From assembly GCA_964016885.1 (NCBI GenBank), contig OZ024754.1:33480001-33544000 (forward strand): a stretch of DNA of 64,000 bases. Direction: 5' to 3'. Below are positions 1 to 33,604 of the stretch, piece by piece. The DNA comes from Eledone cirrhosa. Its lineage: Eukaryota. Made by a program: the position numbers and the translations under genes. The notes beneath the pieces were generated by a model, which searched no databases, was not told where the DNA came from, and saw only the letters and a program-made list of their open reading frames with translations. The stretch's first letter is position 1. The number at the start of each line of letters is the position of its first letter.

Positions 1-420
1 AGGCCAGCAATTACCCAGTGCATTACTGGTACTTTATTTTATCGATTAGCAAAATAATTGTTTCTACTTTAGGCACAAGGCCAGCAATTACCCAGTGCAT
101 TACTGGTACTTTATTTTATCGATTAGCAAAATAATTGTTTCTACTTTAGGCACAAGGCCAGCAATTACCCAGTGCATTACTGGTACTTTATTTTATCGAT
201 TAGCAAAATAATTGTTTCTACTTTAGGCACAAGGCCAGCAATTACCCAGTGCATTACTGGTACTTTATTTTATCGACCCCGTAAGGATGAAAGGCAAAGT
301 CAACCTCGGCGGGATTTGAACTCAGATCGTAAAGGGACGTAACTATGCTGAAAAGCATGGCGTCTGACCCTCTACCGATACTGCCAATCCACAAAATAAT
401 GTTATATATTCATAAGGTAC

Positions 421-22393
<21,973 letters not shown>

Positions 22394-23014
22394 GCTGAGC
22401 CATGTGTGAAGCTATAATGATATTTGATGTCATTTAACGGAAATACTGTCAAAATATATATTTAACACGATGATGGCAAAGCTTTATATTCTAATATTAG
22501 GATTAAGAAAACTGTGTAAACAACACAGAATTCATATTTTCTGAGGACAATTTAAAATTTGATATTTTGTATTCAATACTGAATATTTATTGAATACAAA
22601 AGGAAGGTACGTAATTAGGATTTTCAATTATATAAACATGAAACTGGTAAATGAAATCAAGCTGTGTTCAAACATAACTTTCGAGTCAAGTGGAACTATT
22701 CCATCAGATAATCATCATCATCATCATCTTCATCATTTAACATCTGTTTTCCCTGCTAGCAAGGGTTGGATAGGTCTACATAGATCAAGTCAGTACAGAA
22801 TCGGGGCTACTGACCTCCCAGACAAGCCGAGCAGTCTGAATCCCACTTACATATGGTCACATCGAGTGCAGAGAAGTTGTCATGTCTTTTGACACAAACT
22901 GAAGGATCCTCCTAACCCCTTGTTTGGCAAGCTTTCTTTGGCAGGATGCCCTTCCTAACACCATTAACAAAATATATTAGCTTAAAAAAGGTTTAACCCT
23001 TTAATATTTACATT

Positions 23015-23290
23015 AGTTGTGGTGTGCAGGAGAGAAGACTGAGATGGTATGGACATGTGATGCGCATGGAGGATGACCACTGGGTAAAGAAGTGCCAAGA
23101 AATCCCAGTAGAAGGAAGACGCAGAAGCGGTAGACCACGAAAAACATGGGCGGAGGTAGTGAGAGCAGACCTCAGATCGCTGAAACTCAGGGAGGAGATG
23201 ATGAAGGACCGTGGCAAGTGGAGAGATGCTGTGCTGAATAGGACCCATCCAACCCTTGCAAGCAGGGAAAAATGGACGTAAAATGATGAT
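23015..23290 (+). mobile_element. RTE-clade LINE 3' fragment
   Basis: RRLRWYGHVMRM..GRRRSGRPRKTWAEVVRADLR, same 3' tail. Confidence 0.8.
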
Positions 23291-25570
23291 CATTACTCTA
23301 TAATTACTATTGTATTTTCACAGTAAACACTTTATCTCATATAATATCTAATCTACGAGATTTTGATATTATTTATTTTGAGAAAAATATCTTAACATAA
23401 GTATGAAAAGCCAATCATAGTTGGTTTGAACAGAAAGAGGTTTGAGAATGCTGGCCGAATGCAGCCAGTTTAAATGCTAAAGGATTAAATATCAATATCT
23501 AAATAAAATCTTTTGAATAAAAAGTGTTATAGTGTCTATTGTAGATGCTCCATCTCACACATATGTTCCATATTAGGCATGATTCCTACAGATGGATGCC
23601 CTTCATATTACCAACTACCTTACAGAGTATACTGGGTGTCTTTTATAGTAGCACTAACACATCGACGTGTTTGGAGTCTTTACTTGGAACCCTCCATCAG
23701 GCATCTACCATACTCTGAACGCCTTGCTTCCCTGGGCATGGATACATTGAAGCTCCGACATCTGACAACTGACTTGGTAAACACATTGACTCATTTGAAA
23801 AGCCCTCTCAAGCCTGTATGGGGTGAGGGTATGATGTGGGGAGGGGGGTCGGTCGGTAAGAGGGAAGATAAGTAAGATGCCACAGGTAAATGAAAGTATG
23901 TAAGAGGGGACAGGATGACATTATACCTGTCATATCATGGTTCTATGGTAGGTGGAGAAGGGGTAAGAAAATATGTCACATTTGCTCACCATACAGAGAG
24001 ATGGGGGGGTGGGGAGGTGACGGTGGGAGTTTGGCTCTTCCATGTTCGGACACATTGCATCTGTCATGTGGATCATGGGATAATTTCATTTTTGTACATT
24101 TAGTTTTTAACATTGATTCCGCTATAAGAAAAGAATTTGAGTGGATATATATGACTATGGTTATAACACGTGCAGTGTCCTCATCAACAGGGTAGGAGTA
24201 GGATAGCAGACTTGATATTTTCTTACATAAAAATAATTGTTTCTAGTTTTGGCACAAGGCCAGCAATTACCCAGTACATTACTGGTACTTTATTTTATTG
24301 ACCCCCGTAAGGATGAAAGGCAAGGTTAACCATAGCAGGATTTGAACTCAGTCCGTAAAGGGGCGTAACTCTATGCTGGAAAGCATGACGTCCGACTATC
24401 TACCGATACTGCCAATAAAAATAATTGTTTCTACTTTTGGCACAAAGCCAACAATTACCCAGTACATTACTGGTACTTTATTTTATTGACCCTGTAAGGA
24501 TGAAAGGCGAGGTTAAGCTGAGCGGGATTTGAACTCAGTCCGTAAAGGGGCGTAACTCTATGCTGGAAAGCATGGCGTCCGACTCTCTACCAATACTGCC
24601 AATAAAAATAATGCTGGAAAGTTTTAAATTTAAAAAGCATGCTATGAATTATCTGAATGAGTACCAGATGTTGTTTATGAAACAATTATAAACCTCATTC
24701 TATGAAAATAGTGAATAAAAATGTGTTTTTGTATATGTAGGTAGTACAGATTTACCATTGTACTTAGGTGTGCTGAAGCACTGGGCCCTGTTGGCCAAAG
24801 AGGGGCCCATCTTCCTACCCAAAAAACTTGTTTACCTCCTTCAGGGCTCAAGTAAGGGGCCTCATAACTTAACTAGCACAAGGACTCATTTGTCCTAAAT
24901 CCGGCACCGTATGTAGCTGTGTATGTGTGTGTGTGTGTGTAGGTAAGTGTGTGTGTGTGTGTAGGTGTGTGTGCATGTGTATGTGTGTGTGTGTGTAGTA
25001 TGTGTTTGTGTAAGTGTGTGTGCGTGTGTATGTGTTTGTGTAGGTGTATGTAGGTGTAAGCGTATGTGTGAGTATTCGTGCCACCTCTCTTCACTTCGAG
25101 TTCAAATCCGCCGAGGTCAACTTTAGCTTTCATTCTTTAAAGGTTGATAAAAAAAAAGTACCAAGCCAGTACTCTCTCTCTCTCTCTTTCTTTCACTTTC
25201 CCCCTCCCTCTCTTTTTCTTTCTCTCACACATCCTCTCTCTTTCTCTCTGAAAGAAATAGTTTGAAGAGAAGATGGCCTCCACCAGGTTTCAAAATGTCC
25301 CAAAACGCCGTATATTAATACAGCACCCATAGGACTCTGCCAGGAGTTACGAGTTCATATATACATATATATATATATACATACATATATACATACATAC
25401 ATATATACATACATACATAATATACGTGTGGAAAAAATACTTAATATACAATAACAAAGTAGTGTACGCGTAAAGACGGTTACTTTCTATGAGGCCTAAC
25501 TAATGACTATCTTTACTTGACAAGCAACGGATTGATCAAGACAAAATAAAACATTATGGGTATTACTTAC

Positions 25571-25620
25571 AGACATATTGGAGAAAGAAACATCTAGTTA
25601 ACGCTATTAGATTTGGCCCG
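25571..25620 (-). other. Putative non-coding first exon of the FSIP1-like gene
   Basis: Donor GTAAGT on the minus strand at 25570-25565, directly downstream of an X-box; unique non-repeat sequence. The TSS position is approximate. Confidence 0.5.
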
Positions 25621-25622
25621 AG

Positions 25623-25636
25623 GTTGCTATAGTAAC
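25623..25636. promoter_or_regulatory. RFX X-box (GTTGCTATAGTAAC)
   Basis: Matches the GTYNCY-AT-RGNAAC consensus and lies about 50 bp from the first donor of a flagellar/ciliary gene. Confidence 0.7.
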
Positions 25637-26213
25637 AGTTGATGCCATGTTCGTATACGTGTAAAGCTGACACCCTCTACTGTTTCGTACGCAATTAATA
25701 CTATTAATTATTAGTGTAATAATTATTACAAGTTATTGTGTGGATTGGCAGTATCGGTAGAGGGTCGGGCGCTATGCTTTGACGCATAGAGTTACGGCCC
25801 TTGCTATTCTGAGTTCAAATCCCACCGAGGTTAACTTTGCCTTTCATCCTTGCGGGGTCGATAAAATAAAGTACCAGTAATACACTGAGTAATTGCTGGC
25901 CTTGTGCCAAAAGTAGAAACAATTATTTATATTAACACGACCTTTCGTATTAAATTGACACGATCTAAGTAGTGAATTCGGCATTCTCCGTGATGTACAT
26001 TGGCATACACATACATACATGCATACATTCATACACACATGATGCATGTTGTGATATTTCCCTTCCTTTGTTGGAATCACGATCGCAACGTTACAAGTTC
26101 GATTCCCATCCCTGGCAACGCATTGTGTCCTTGAGCAAGGTACTTTATTTTACATGCTTCCAGTCCAGTTCATTAAGTCATATGCTGGATTTATACTTAA
26201 TAAATAAATCATA

Positions 26214-26313
26214 TACAGAGTGTCCCCCAAAAATGTATACTCACTTTGATTACCCGCATAGGCAATATTTATTCGAATGCTGTTGAGTATGTATACATTT
26301 TTGGGGGACACTT
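26214..26313. mobile_element. Tc1/mariner-type MITE (related copy about 58748-58853)
   Basis: GTGTCCCCCAAAAATGTATAC ... GTATACATTTTTGGGGGACAC inverted termini. Confidence 0.65.
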
Positions 26314-26365
26314 GTGTGTGAGTGAGTGTGTATATATATATATATATATTCCCGTCTAACCCATG

Positions 26366-26398
<33 letters not shown>

Positions 26399-26710
26399 TC
26401 CCGTCTAACCCATGCTAGCGTGGAAAATGGACGTTAAACGATGATGATGATGATGATGATGTATATATATATATATATATTTGTTTGTTTGTTTACTTTA
26501 TGCACCGAAAGTAAAATTGTGTATTGTGTTTATTCGAATAGGGCACTACAACGCTATTAGCTGTCAGTCAAAAGCAGCCGATGAAAGCAAAACATCGTTT
26601 ATTTCCGTATTACTACCACGCGTAAGTGGAGTTACTTGGTGGTAGTAATACAGAAATAAACGATGATGAATGACGTCACCTTCGTCTGCTTTCAAAACTG
26701 ACAGCTATAT

Positions 26711-26844
26711 ATCACGTGAAACAATCACATTATTCTTTCAAAAGAAAAAGTTTGGCGCCATTTTTCTCCAGGAATAACACATATGTCAACAAACACAGGA
26801 GAAAAGAAGAAATAATAAAAGCAAAAGATAAGAAAACGGTAAGT
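26711..26844 (+). promoter_or_regulatory. Promoter-like cassette with a splice donor inside the Merlin left end
   Basis: E-box CACGTG (26713-26718), overlapping E2F/YY1-like TTTGGCGCCATTTT (26751-26764) and donor ACG|GTAAGT at 26839. Confidence 0.4.
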
Positions 26845-29017
26845 AATATCAAATAATTATTAAAAACGTTACAGGAGTTGCATTACACGAATAATTAAGT
26901 TTCATACATACATATATATATGTGTGTATATATGTATAAAATAAATATGGTTTATAAATATAGTTTCCATTTATTAATATATTGTATATATATATATGTA
27001 TATATATGTATATGTATGTATGTATATCAATTAGTAGTTCATTCACAGTAAAGCAGTCCTGATGTAAGGCAGTCCTGATGTAAGGCAGTCCTGATGTAAG
27101 GCAGTCATGAATGCAGCCATATAAAGCTGTTTGTTGGAAGACAGATATGCACCATCACTGTTGGTAGCTTCAATTTGTTGAACTGCTTCTTGAAAATTCT
27201 TTTGTTTTTTGGGGCAGACCAATTATGAGATATTTAATATCTCTGCACCTTGATACTGCTTTGTTTCATCTTCCGAACACAAACTTGGAGAATTACTATT
27301 AGGAAATGACAGTCCGTCCAACATTCTGCCCCTCTTATACAATGGATAGATCTGACATCACTCCAATCATTGCATCTTACAATCACATAGTTAATAATAT
27401 GCCAATGACATGAAAGTGGGTGCATCCAGGTCCCTTTCTACTTGTTCTTCTGCAAAAGAAGAAGTCCTTTGCTATTACACTTTCCCATTCCATGACAACC
27501 TATGCTACTCCATGTAGCATTCAAATCACCCAGCACTACACATTTCTAATTGCTATTTACATTTTTCAATACTACTTGCAGATCCACATAAAATTTATCT
27601 ATTCCTTCTGAGGCATTTACAAGAAACAAATGAAGTGTACACACTGACTGACCAAAATCATAAAGTGGTTAAAGTGGAGTGGCAACATAAGTGTCATGGT
27701 TTGATCAGAGATACCATGCACATACAAATATATGTGTGTGTATGTAGTAGAAATAAAAGAAATCTTTTGTACAAAAAATATATATATATATGGCACATGG
27801 CTTAGTGGTTAGAGCATTGGCCTTGCAATCGAAAGGTTGTGAGTTCAATTCTCAGACCGGGTGATGTGTTGTTTCCTTGAGCAAGACACTTTATTTCACA
27901 TTGCTCCAGTTTACTCAGCTGTAGAAATGAGATGATAGGGACAGGGGTCCCTATCATTCCACTGCAAAGTGGTCGTGGAGGTGCCACGGCAAAAAAACAC
28001 CCAGCACTCACTGTAAATGAGGTTGGTGTTAGGAAGGGCATCCAGCTGTAGAAATCAAGCCAGAATCAGTTCCCGTCCCACCCTTGCAAGCAGGGAAAAG
28101 CGGACGTAAAATGAAATGAAATGAAATGAATATGATAAATGATGGGAATGACTTTTCTGATTCTTATTCTTTAGTGATATAATTATCACAAAAGTTATTC
28201 TTATATATATGTATATGTATCATCATCATCGTTTAACTTCTATCTTCCATGCTAGCATAGGTTTAGAATGGGTATCATCATCATCATCATCGTTTAACGT
28301 GCATCTTCCGCACTTGCATGGGTTTGGACGGGAGTTTTCCCATTTGAGGCAAGATTGGTTGTCTTGCTCGTATGGGACAGTCTGGCGGGTTTTCTATATA
28401 TATATGTATATATATGTATGGGTTTAGCATAGGTATATATATATATCATCATCATCATCATCACCGTTTTACGTCTGTTCTTCCACGTTAGCATGGGTTA
28501 GATGGGTTGTCCTTTTGTGAGCAGTGTCCAGTCGGCTGACCTTGTCTTGCTCATACAGGAACTGATTCTGGCTTGATTTCTGCGGCTGGATGCTCTTCCT
28601 AACACCATCCTCGTTGCGGTGAGTGCTGGGTGCTTTTTTCTGTGGCGCCGACACGTCCACTTTACAGTGTGGGCTGGGTGCTTTTTTGCCATGGCACCTC
28701 CATGACCACTTTGCAGTGGGAGGGTGTGGGGGAATATTGCCTATATGCTTCAGCTTCGGCTTGTTCCTGTGGGGGGGGGGGGTCTTCTGTATTACTGCGT
28801 GACACCAGAGGTCACGGTCATGTGTCATTGCTCTTGAGAGGTGCAATTGGTTACGGTCGGCCTTTATCACCTCATCCCAGGTCCTCTTGGGTCTCCCCAC
28901 TCCGCAGCTTCCATCGTGTATATGTATGCATATGTATATATGTAGTATATATATGTGTGTGTATGTTTATATATATATAATGTTTATATATATATATAAT
29001 GTTTATATTTATTTATT

Positions 29018-30180
29018 AAAATAACAGATTAAAGTTTAAGCAAAGAATCGCTGCTTTCACCCTTAACGGGATCTTCTGAAACTAACAAAGTCAATCTGTA
29101 AACGCAGAACTGGATATTTCAAAAAACGTTGCAACCGGAGGAAGACAGGAAGACAATACTTTGGTTCATGGTGACGTTCGCTGGCAAAGAACGGGAAAAA
29201 ACGAATAATACGTCATTAATAGGAGCGGTGAAAGACAATTACGTGCAAGGACAGAACCACGTTTATGGTATAAAAGAGGTCGTAGACTAATGTTCTCTAA
29301 GTGGTGCATAGAGACGTCCTCTGGCAATGAACGAAAAAACGAAGATAATAAGTCATATGTGGAGCGTGGAGAACAATAGCGTGCAAAGACAAAACCACGT
29401 AAATGGTATAGCAGAAGTCGTAGACTAAAATTCTAACTAGGAGACCGAATGAATCTCCGCTACAGAGTTAAGAACAAAGTAAATAAATACAATACAGAAG
29501 TAATAGGAACAAATAAATACATACACGCAAACAGATACGTACATACACAAGCATACGCAAAACCTTACCATAGGTATACAAAACCACGCACATATAAATA
29601 TGTGTATGTGTGTATGTTTGTGTACAAATAAATAAATAATTATATAAACGTATATAAGTAAATAAATACGTATATAACAAGCGCACACACATACCTACAA
29701 ATAAATACATGAAGGTTCGGAGACGTAAGTCAACTAAAACAAGAAGTTCACATATACACACGCCCACCATACGTACGAGCCTGCATACTCACGCAGACGC
29801 AAAACTCCCATATACACATAACCAAGCCCTAAATACCAGAATATGTAAAAAATTATACGCCAAAACAGTCAAATATACGTACGAGAAGGTATACATACCT
29901 TCACAAAACATACGGGTAATATATACTTACCTATGAAAATAAGTAAAGGAATAAACAAAACATATACTTAGCTCCCACATCAAGACGTAAAAATCCACGT
30001 ATAGATCGTGCTATCCGTTAGGGTATAACGTAGGGCTGTAATACAGGAAAGTTTTGTGCAATTTATGTTTACAAGCCGAAATTGCCTCAGATTTTTTGTT
30101 TAAGATGTGGTCTGTGGCGTAGAGTATTTCCAGGGCCTCAGCGGCGCAGAGGTCACATGGTCTTTTATTTCCGTTATATG
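29018..30180 (-). mobile_element. 5'-truncated Penelope-like retroelement (GIY-YIG C-terminus, 3' UTR and pLTR with hammerhead)
   Basis: The minus strand of 30178-30011 reads YNGNKRPCDLCAAEALEILYATDHILNKKSEAISACKHKLHK...*, the CxxC..E..I..LNKxxE..CxH tail of Penelope endonucleases. It is flanked by TA-rich microsatellite, with a hammerhead fold at 29024-29099. Confidence 0.75.
29024..29099 (-). ncRNA. Variant type I hammerhead ribozyme (core CAGAAGA)
   Basis: Minus strand: AGTTT-CAGAAGA-T-CCC GTTAA GGG-T-GAAA-GCA..TGC-TT-AAACT, with extended stem I ACAGATTGA/TTAATCTGT. There is a U4A change in the core. Confidence 0.6.
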
Positions 30181-30877
30181 ATCTATATATATATAATGTT
30201 TATATATATATAATGTTTATATATATATATAATGTTTATATATATATATGTGTGTGTGTGTTTATATATATATAATGTTTATATATATATGATGTTGACT
30301 TGTTCTTCTTTTTGGTAAATATCATCTTGGTTAAGAGAGTGGGACTGGCTTTGTGCAGTGCCTTTGCTCACTATAAAAGCTTCACGGCACAGGCATTGCT
30401 TTATATCTGGAGATCTCTCTGCACTTGTCCTCACATGGTACCATGGGCCCAGCACTATGTGTCAATAATTGTCACAAGTGTAGTGTTTGTACCAGAGTTT
30501 TCAAGTCGCTGGCTGGACTAAAAAGTCACACTCGTTCAGGGCATCGGTAGGGGTTCTCCTACATGGATATAAAGTAGTGACCGTACTCGAAAACGAGTTG
30601 GCAGCCACCATATATATATGTATGTAAAAAAAAAAATTTTCAGCAATTGTATTAAACTAAGATTTTATTGTTTTATATTTTGTATCTCGGCTCTGTAATA
30701 CATTTGAAAATTTACATTGTAAGTACCAGTAATACACTGGGTAATTGCTGCCTTGTGCCAAAGTAGAAACAATTATTATAATAAAACTCCGGATAAACAT
30801 AAACTGTTGAGTGTTTGTCATCTCTTATGAAAGAGTCGGCAGATTTTCAATCAACCAACTTTCCTTAGTTGAATAAA

Positions 30878-30925
<48 letters not shown>

Positions 30926-30984
30926 CGTATATTTTCTTTAATATTGCAACATTAAAGGAATATATCTAGTTTCTATATGTGTGA

Positions 30985-31019
<35 letters not shown>

Positions 31020-31356
31020 CATATTGAAAGCATTCTCACACCGGGTGATGTGTTGTTTCCTTGAGCAAGACACTTTATTTCACATTGCTCCAGTTTACTC
31101 AGCTGTAGAAATGAGATGATAGGACTGGGGTCCCTATCATTCCACTGCAAAGTGGTCGTGGGGTGCCACGGCAAAAAAGCACCCAGCCCACACTGTAAAG
31201 TGGATGTGGGGGTGCCACGGGAAAAAAGTACCCAGCACTCACTGTAAATGAGGTTGGTGTTAGGAAGGGCATCCAGCTGTAGAAATCAAGCCAGAATCAG
31301 TTCCCGTCCCACCCTTGCAAGCAGGGAAAAAGTGGACGTAAAATGATATGATGAAT

Positions 31357-31690
31357 GCTCCCAGCTGTGGTCACCCCCATAGTATCAAACTAACCATGGA
31401 GCTTGAAGCAATCCAATGAAGCTACACCAAGAAGGTTGCCACGATGGAGATAAACTACTGGGAGAGTCTAAAAGAACTGAAACTCCTCGGAATGAAGACG
31501 GGAGAGATATGCAATGTTATACATATGGAAAATCCTGGGGGGGACTAAGACCAAACTTTCGCATCGAGAGCTGGACCAATTCTCGAACAGGACGTCACTG
31601 TGTGGTACCAAAGGTCCCGTCTTCCACATCTAGAATCAGGAGCAGCTATTGCAATAGCCTGGGGTTCAAAGACCCTCAACTTGGTTTCCA
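31357..31690 (+). mobile_element. Decayed CR1/L2-like LINE 3' fragment nested in Merlin
   Basis: Frameshifted remnants such as QLWSPHSIKLTMELEAIQ and NYWESLKELKL are typical of post-RT C-termini. Confidence 0.45.
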
Positions 31691-32332
31691 AAATTTAAAT
31701 TTGTGTTTCCTATTCATCAATGCTTCAAGCAAGCTATAAAACTCTGTTATATTTCATCATCATCATTTTATGTCAGTTCTTCTACGCTAGCATGGGTTGT
31801 CCTGTTGTGGGCAGTGTCCGGTCGGCTGACCTTGTCTTGCTCATACGGGAACTGATTCTGTCTTGATTTCTACAGCTGGATACCTTTCCTAACACCAACC
31901 TCATTTACAGTGAGTGCTGGGTGTTTTTTGTTTTTTTGCCGTGGCACCTCCATGACCACTTTGCAGTGGAATGATAGGGACCCCAGTCCTATCATCTCAT
32001 TTCTACAGCTGAATAAACTGGAGCAATGTGAAATAAAGTGTCTTGCTCAAGGAAACAAGACACTTTTATATAGATCATATAAATCGAAGGTAAAGTTTCA
32101 GCGGCGGTTTTGTGCCCCTGATGAACCCTTTGATTAAAATGAAATATACTTATACAAGTACCCTAGGCAATGTAGTTTCAGAATATATATGGTTATGGGG
32201 GTTTATCTCCAAAACCATAGGAGAAGTTCGTAAAATCTTGTTCCATTTATTGGCCACACTTTTCACTATAGGGCGTTTAACCCCCATTAGGGTGTCTTAA
32301 TATTATTGAAATTTGCACACACACACGCACAC

Positions 32333-32478
32333 ATGAAAATATGTGACGTCATTCGTCAACCTTCCCCTACTTTCACTTCTGACAGCTAATACCATGAACT
32401 GTATTTTTACAGTTCATGGTATTAGCTGTCAGAAGTGAATTTAGGGGAAGGTTGACGAATGACGTCACATATTTTCAT
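32333..32478. repeat. 146-bp near-perfect palindrome inside the Merlin element
   Basis: 71-bp arms with about 2 mismatches around a TTTT loop. Confidence 0.9.
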
Positions 32479-32701
32479 AGTTATGGTTATCAATATAAAA
32501 AAACAAGTCATTTTCACCAACTGGAGTTAACTTAAATGAAAATATAGGTGGCCTTTAAAAGAGCCAAATTATGGTTATCAAAGCGACAGTCCCCATGGAG
32601 ACAATCCCCACCAATCAGTAACAATCATCACCAACACCACGTGTAAATAAATAAACTTTAATCTTCATTTTGTGATAATACACGCATCTGCAAGTTGAAA
32701 A

Positions 32702-33604
32702 ATGAGTTCTATAATATATCCAAGTGTTAAGGGAATTAACCATCGCGATCTTTCCATCGCTACCTCTACTACAGCAGATACCGTCAATTGGTTGAAAATT
32801 CAAGGACTTCTGAATACACAAAAGGTCTGCCCTTCATGTGGTCAACGTATGCTGGAAGTAGCGAAACAAAATGTGTCAGATGGGATTATCTGGTCATGTA
32901 AAAGACCATGTAGAAAACAGGTTTCTATTAGAAAAGGCACATTTTTAGAAAATAGCAATTTTAAGTGTGAACAAATAGTTGATATATTATATTTGGGGGC
33001 AAAAGAAGATTTAGCCAAGAAGATTTCAGAGGAATGTCGTATCGCGAATGTGGCCGTAGCAGATTGGCAAAATTTTTGCCGTGATGTATGTGCAGAATAC
33101 TATGTGGCACAAAACATTAAGCTTGGCGGGCCAAACCGAATTGTCGAGATTGATGAAAGCGCATTCGTGAGAAGGAAATACCATTGTGGCCATTCTGTGA
33201 AAACACAGTGTGTTTTGGGAGCTTTGGAAAGAAGTACCAGAAGATGTATTTTAGTAGCAGTAGAAGACAGGACAGCGGAGACACTTTTAACCATTATACA
33301 GGATTGTATATTGCCAGGGACAACCATAATATCTGATCTATGGCGTTCCTATAATACGATCGATCAGGTAGGCTATCAACATTTGACGGTGAACCATTCG
33401 ATCAATTTTGTTGATCCAGTAACATTTGCCACAACGAATCACATAGAATGCTTGTGGAAACACGTAAAAAATAGGAATAAAAGGGAAAACGGGACAGCCA
33501 GAAATTTGCTTCAAACCCATCTTATTGAATTCATGTGGCGGTATGAATTTAAAGGAGAAATTTTCCAAAAGTTATTAGAACATATCCGTCATCTGATTCC
33601 ATGA
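32702..33604 (+). CDS. Merlin/ISXO2-like DDE transposase, 300 aa
   Basis: N-terminal Zn finger CPSC...CKRPC, SIRKGTF, then GGPNRIVEIDES..RRKY, IISDLWRSY, HLTVNHSINFVDP, TNHIECLW, HLIEFMWR (IS1595-family catalytic D-D-E). No stops or frameshifts. Confidence 0.92.
   Translation: MSSIIYPSVKGINHRDLSIATSTTADTVNWLKIQGLLNTQKVCPSCGQRMLEVAKQNVSDGIIWSCKRPCRKQVSIRKGTFLENSNFKCEQIVDILYLGAKEDLAKKISEECRIANVAVADWQNFCRDVCAEYYVAQNIKLGGPNRIVEIDESAFVRRKYHCGHSVKTQCVLGALERSTRRCILVAVEDRTAETLLTIIQDCILPGTTIISDLWRSYNTIDQVGYQHLTVNHSINFVDPVTFATTNHIECLWKHVKNRNKRENGTARNLLQTHLIEFMWRYEFKGEIFQKLLEHIRHLIP

Noticed and set aside
27792-27870. tRNA-Cys-like gene (CCTTGCAATC loop)
   Set aside because: It is the tRNA-derived head of SINE B, lacks a proper acceptor stem and continues into the SINE body in many copies.
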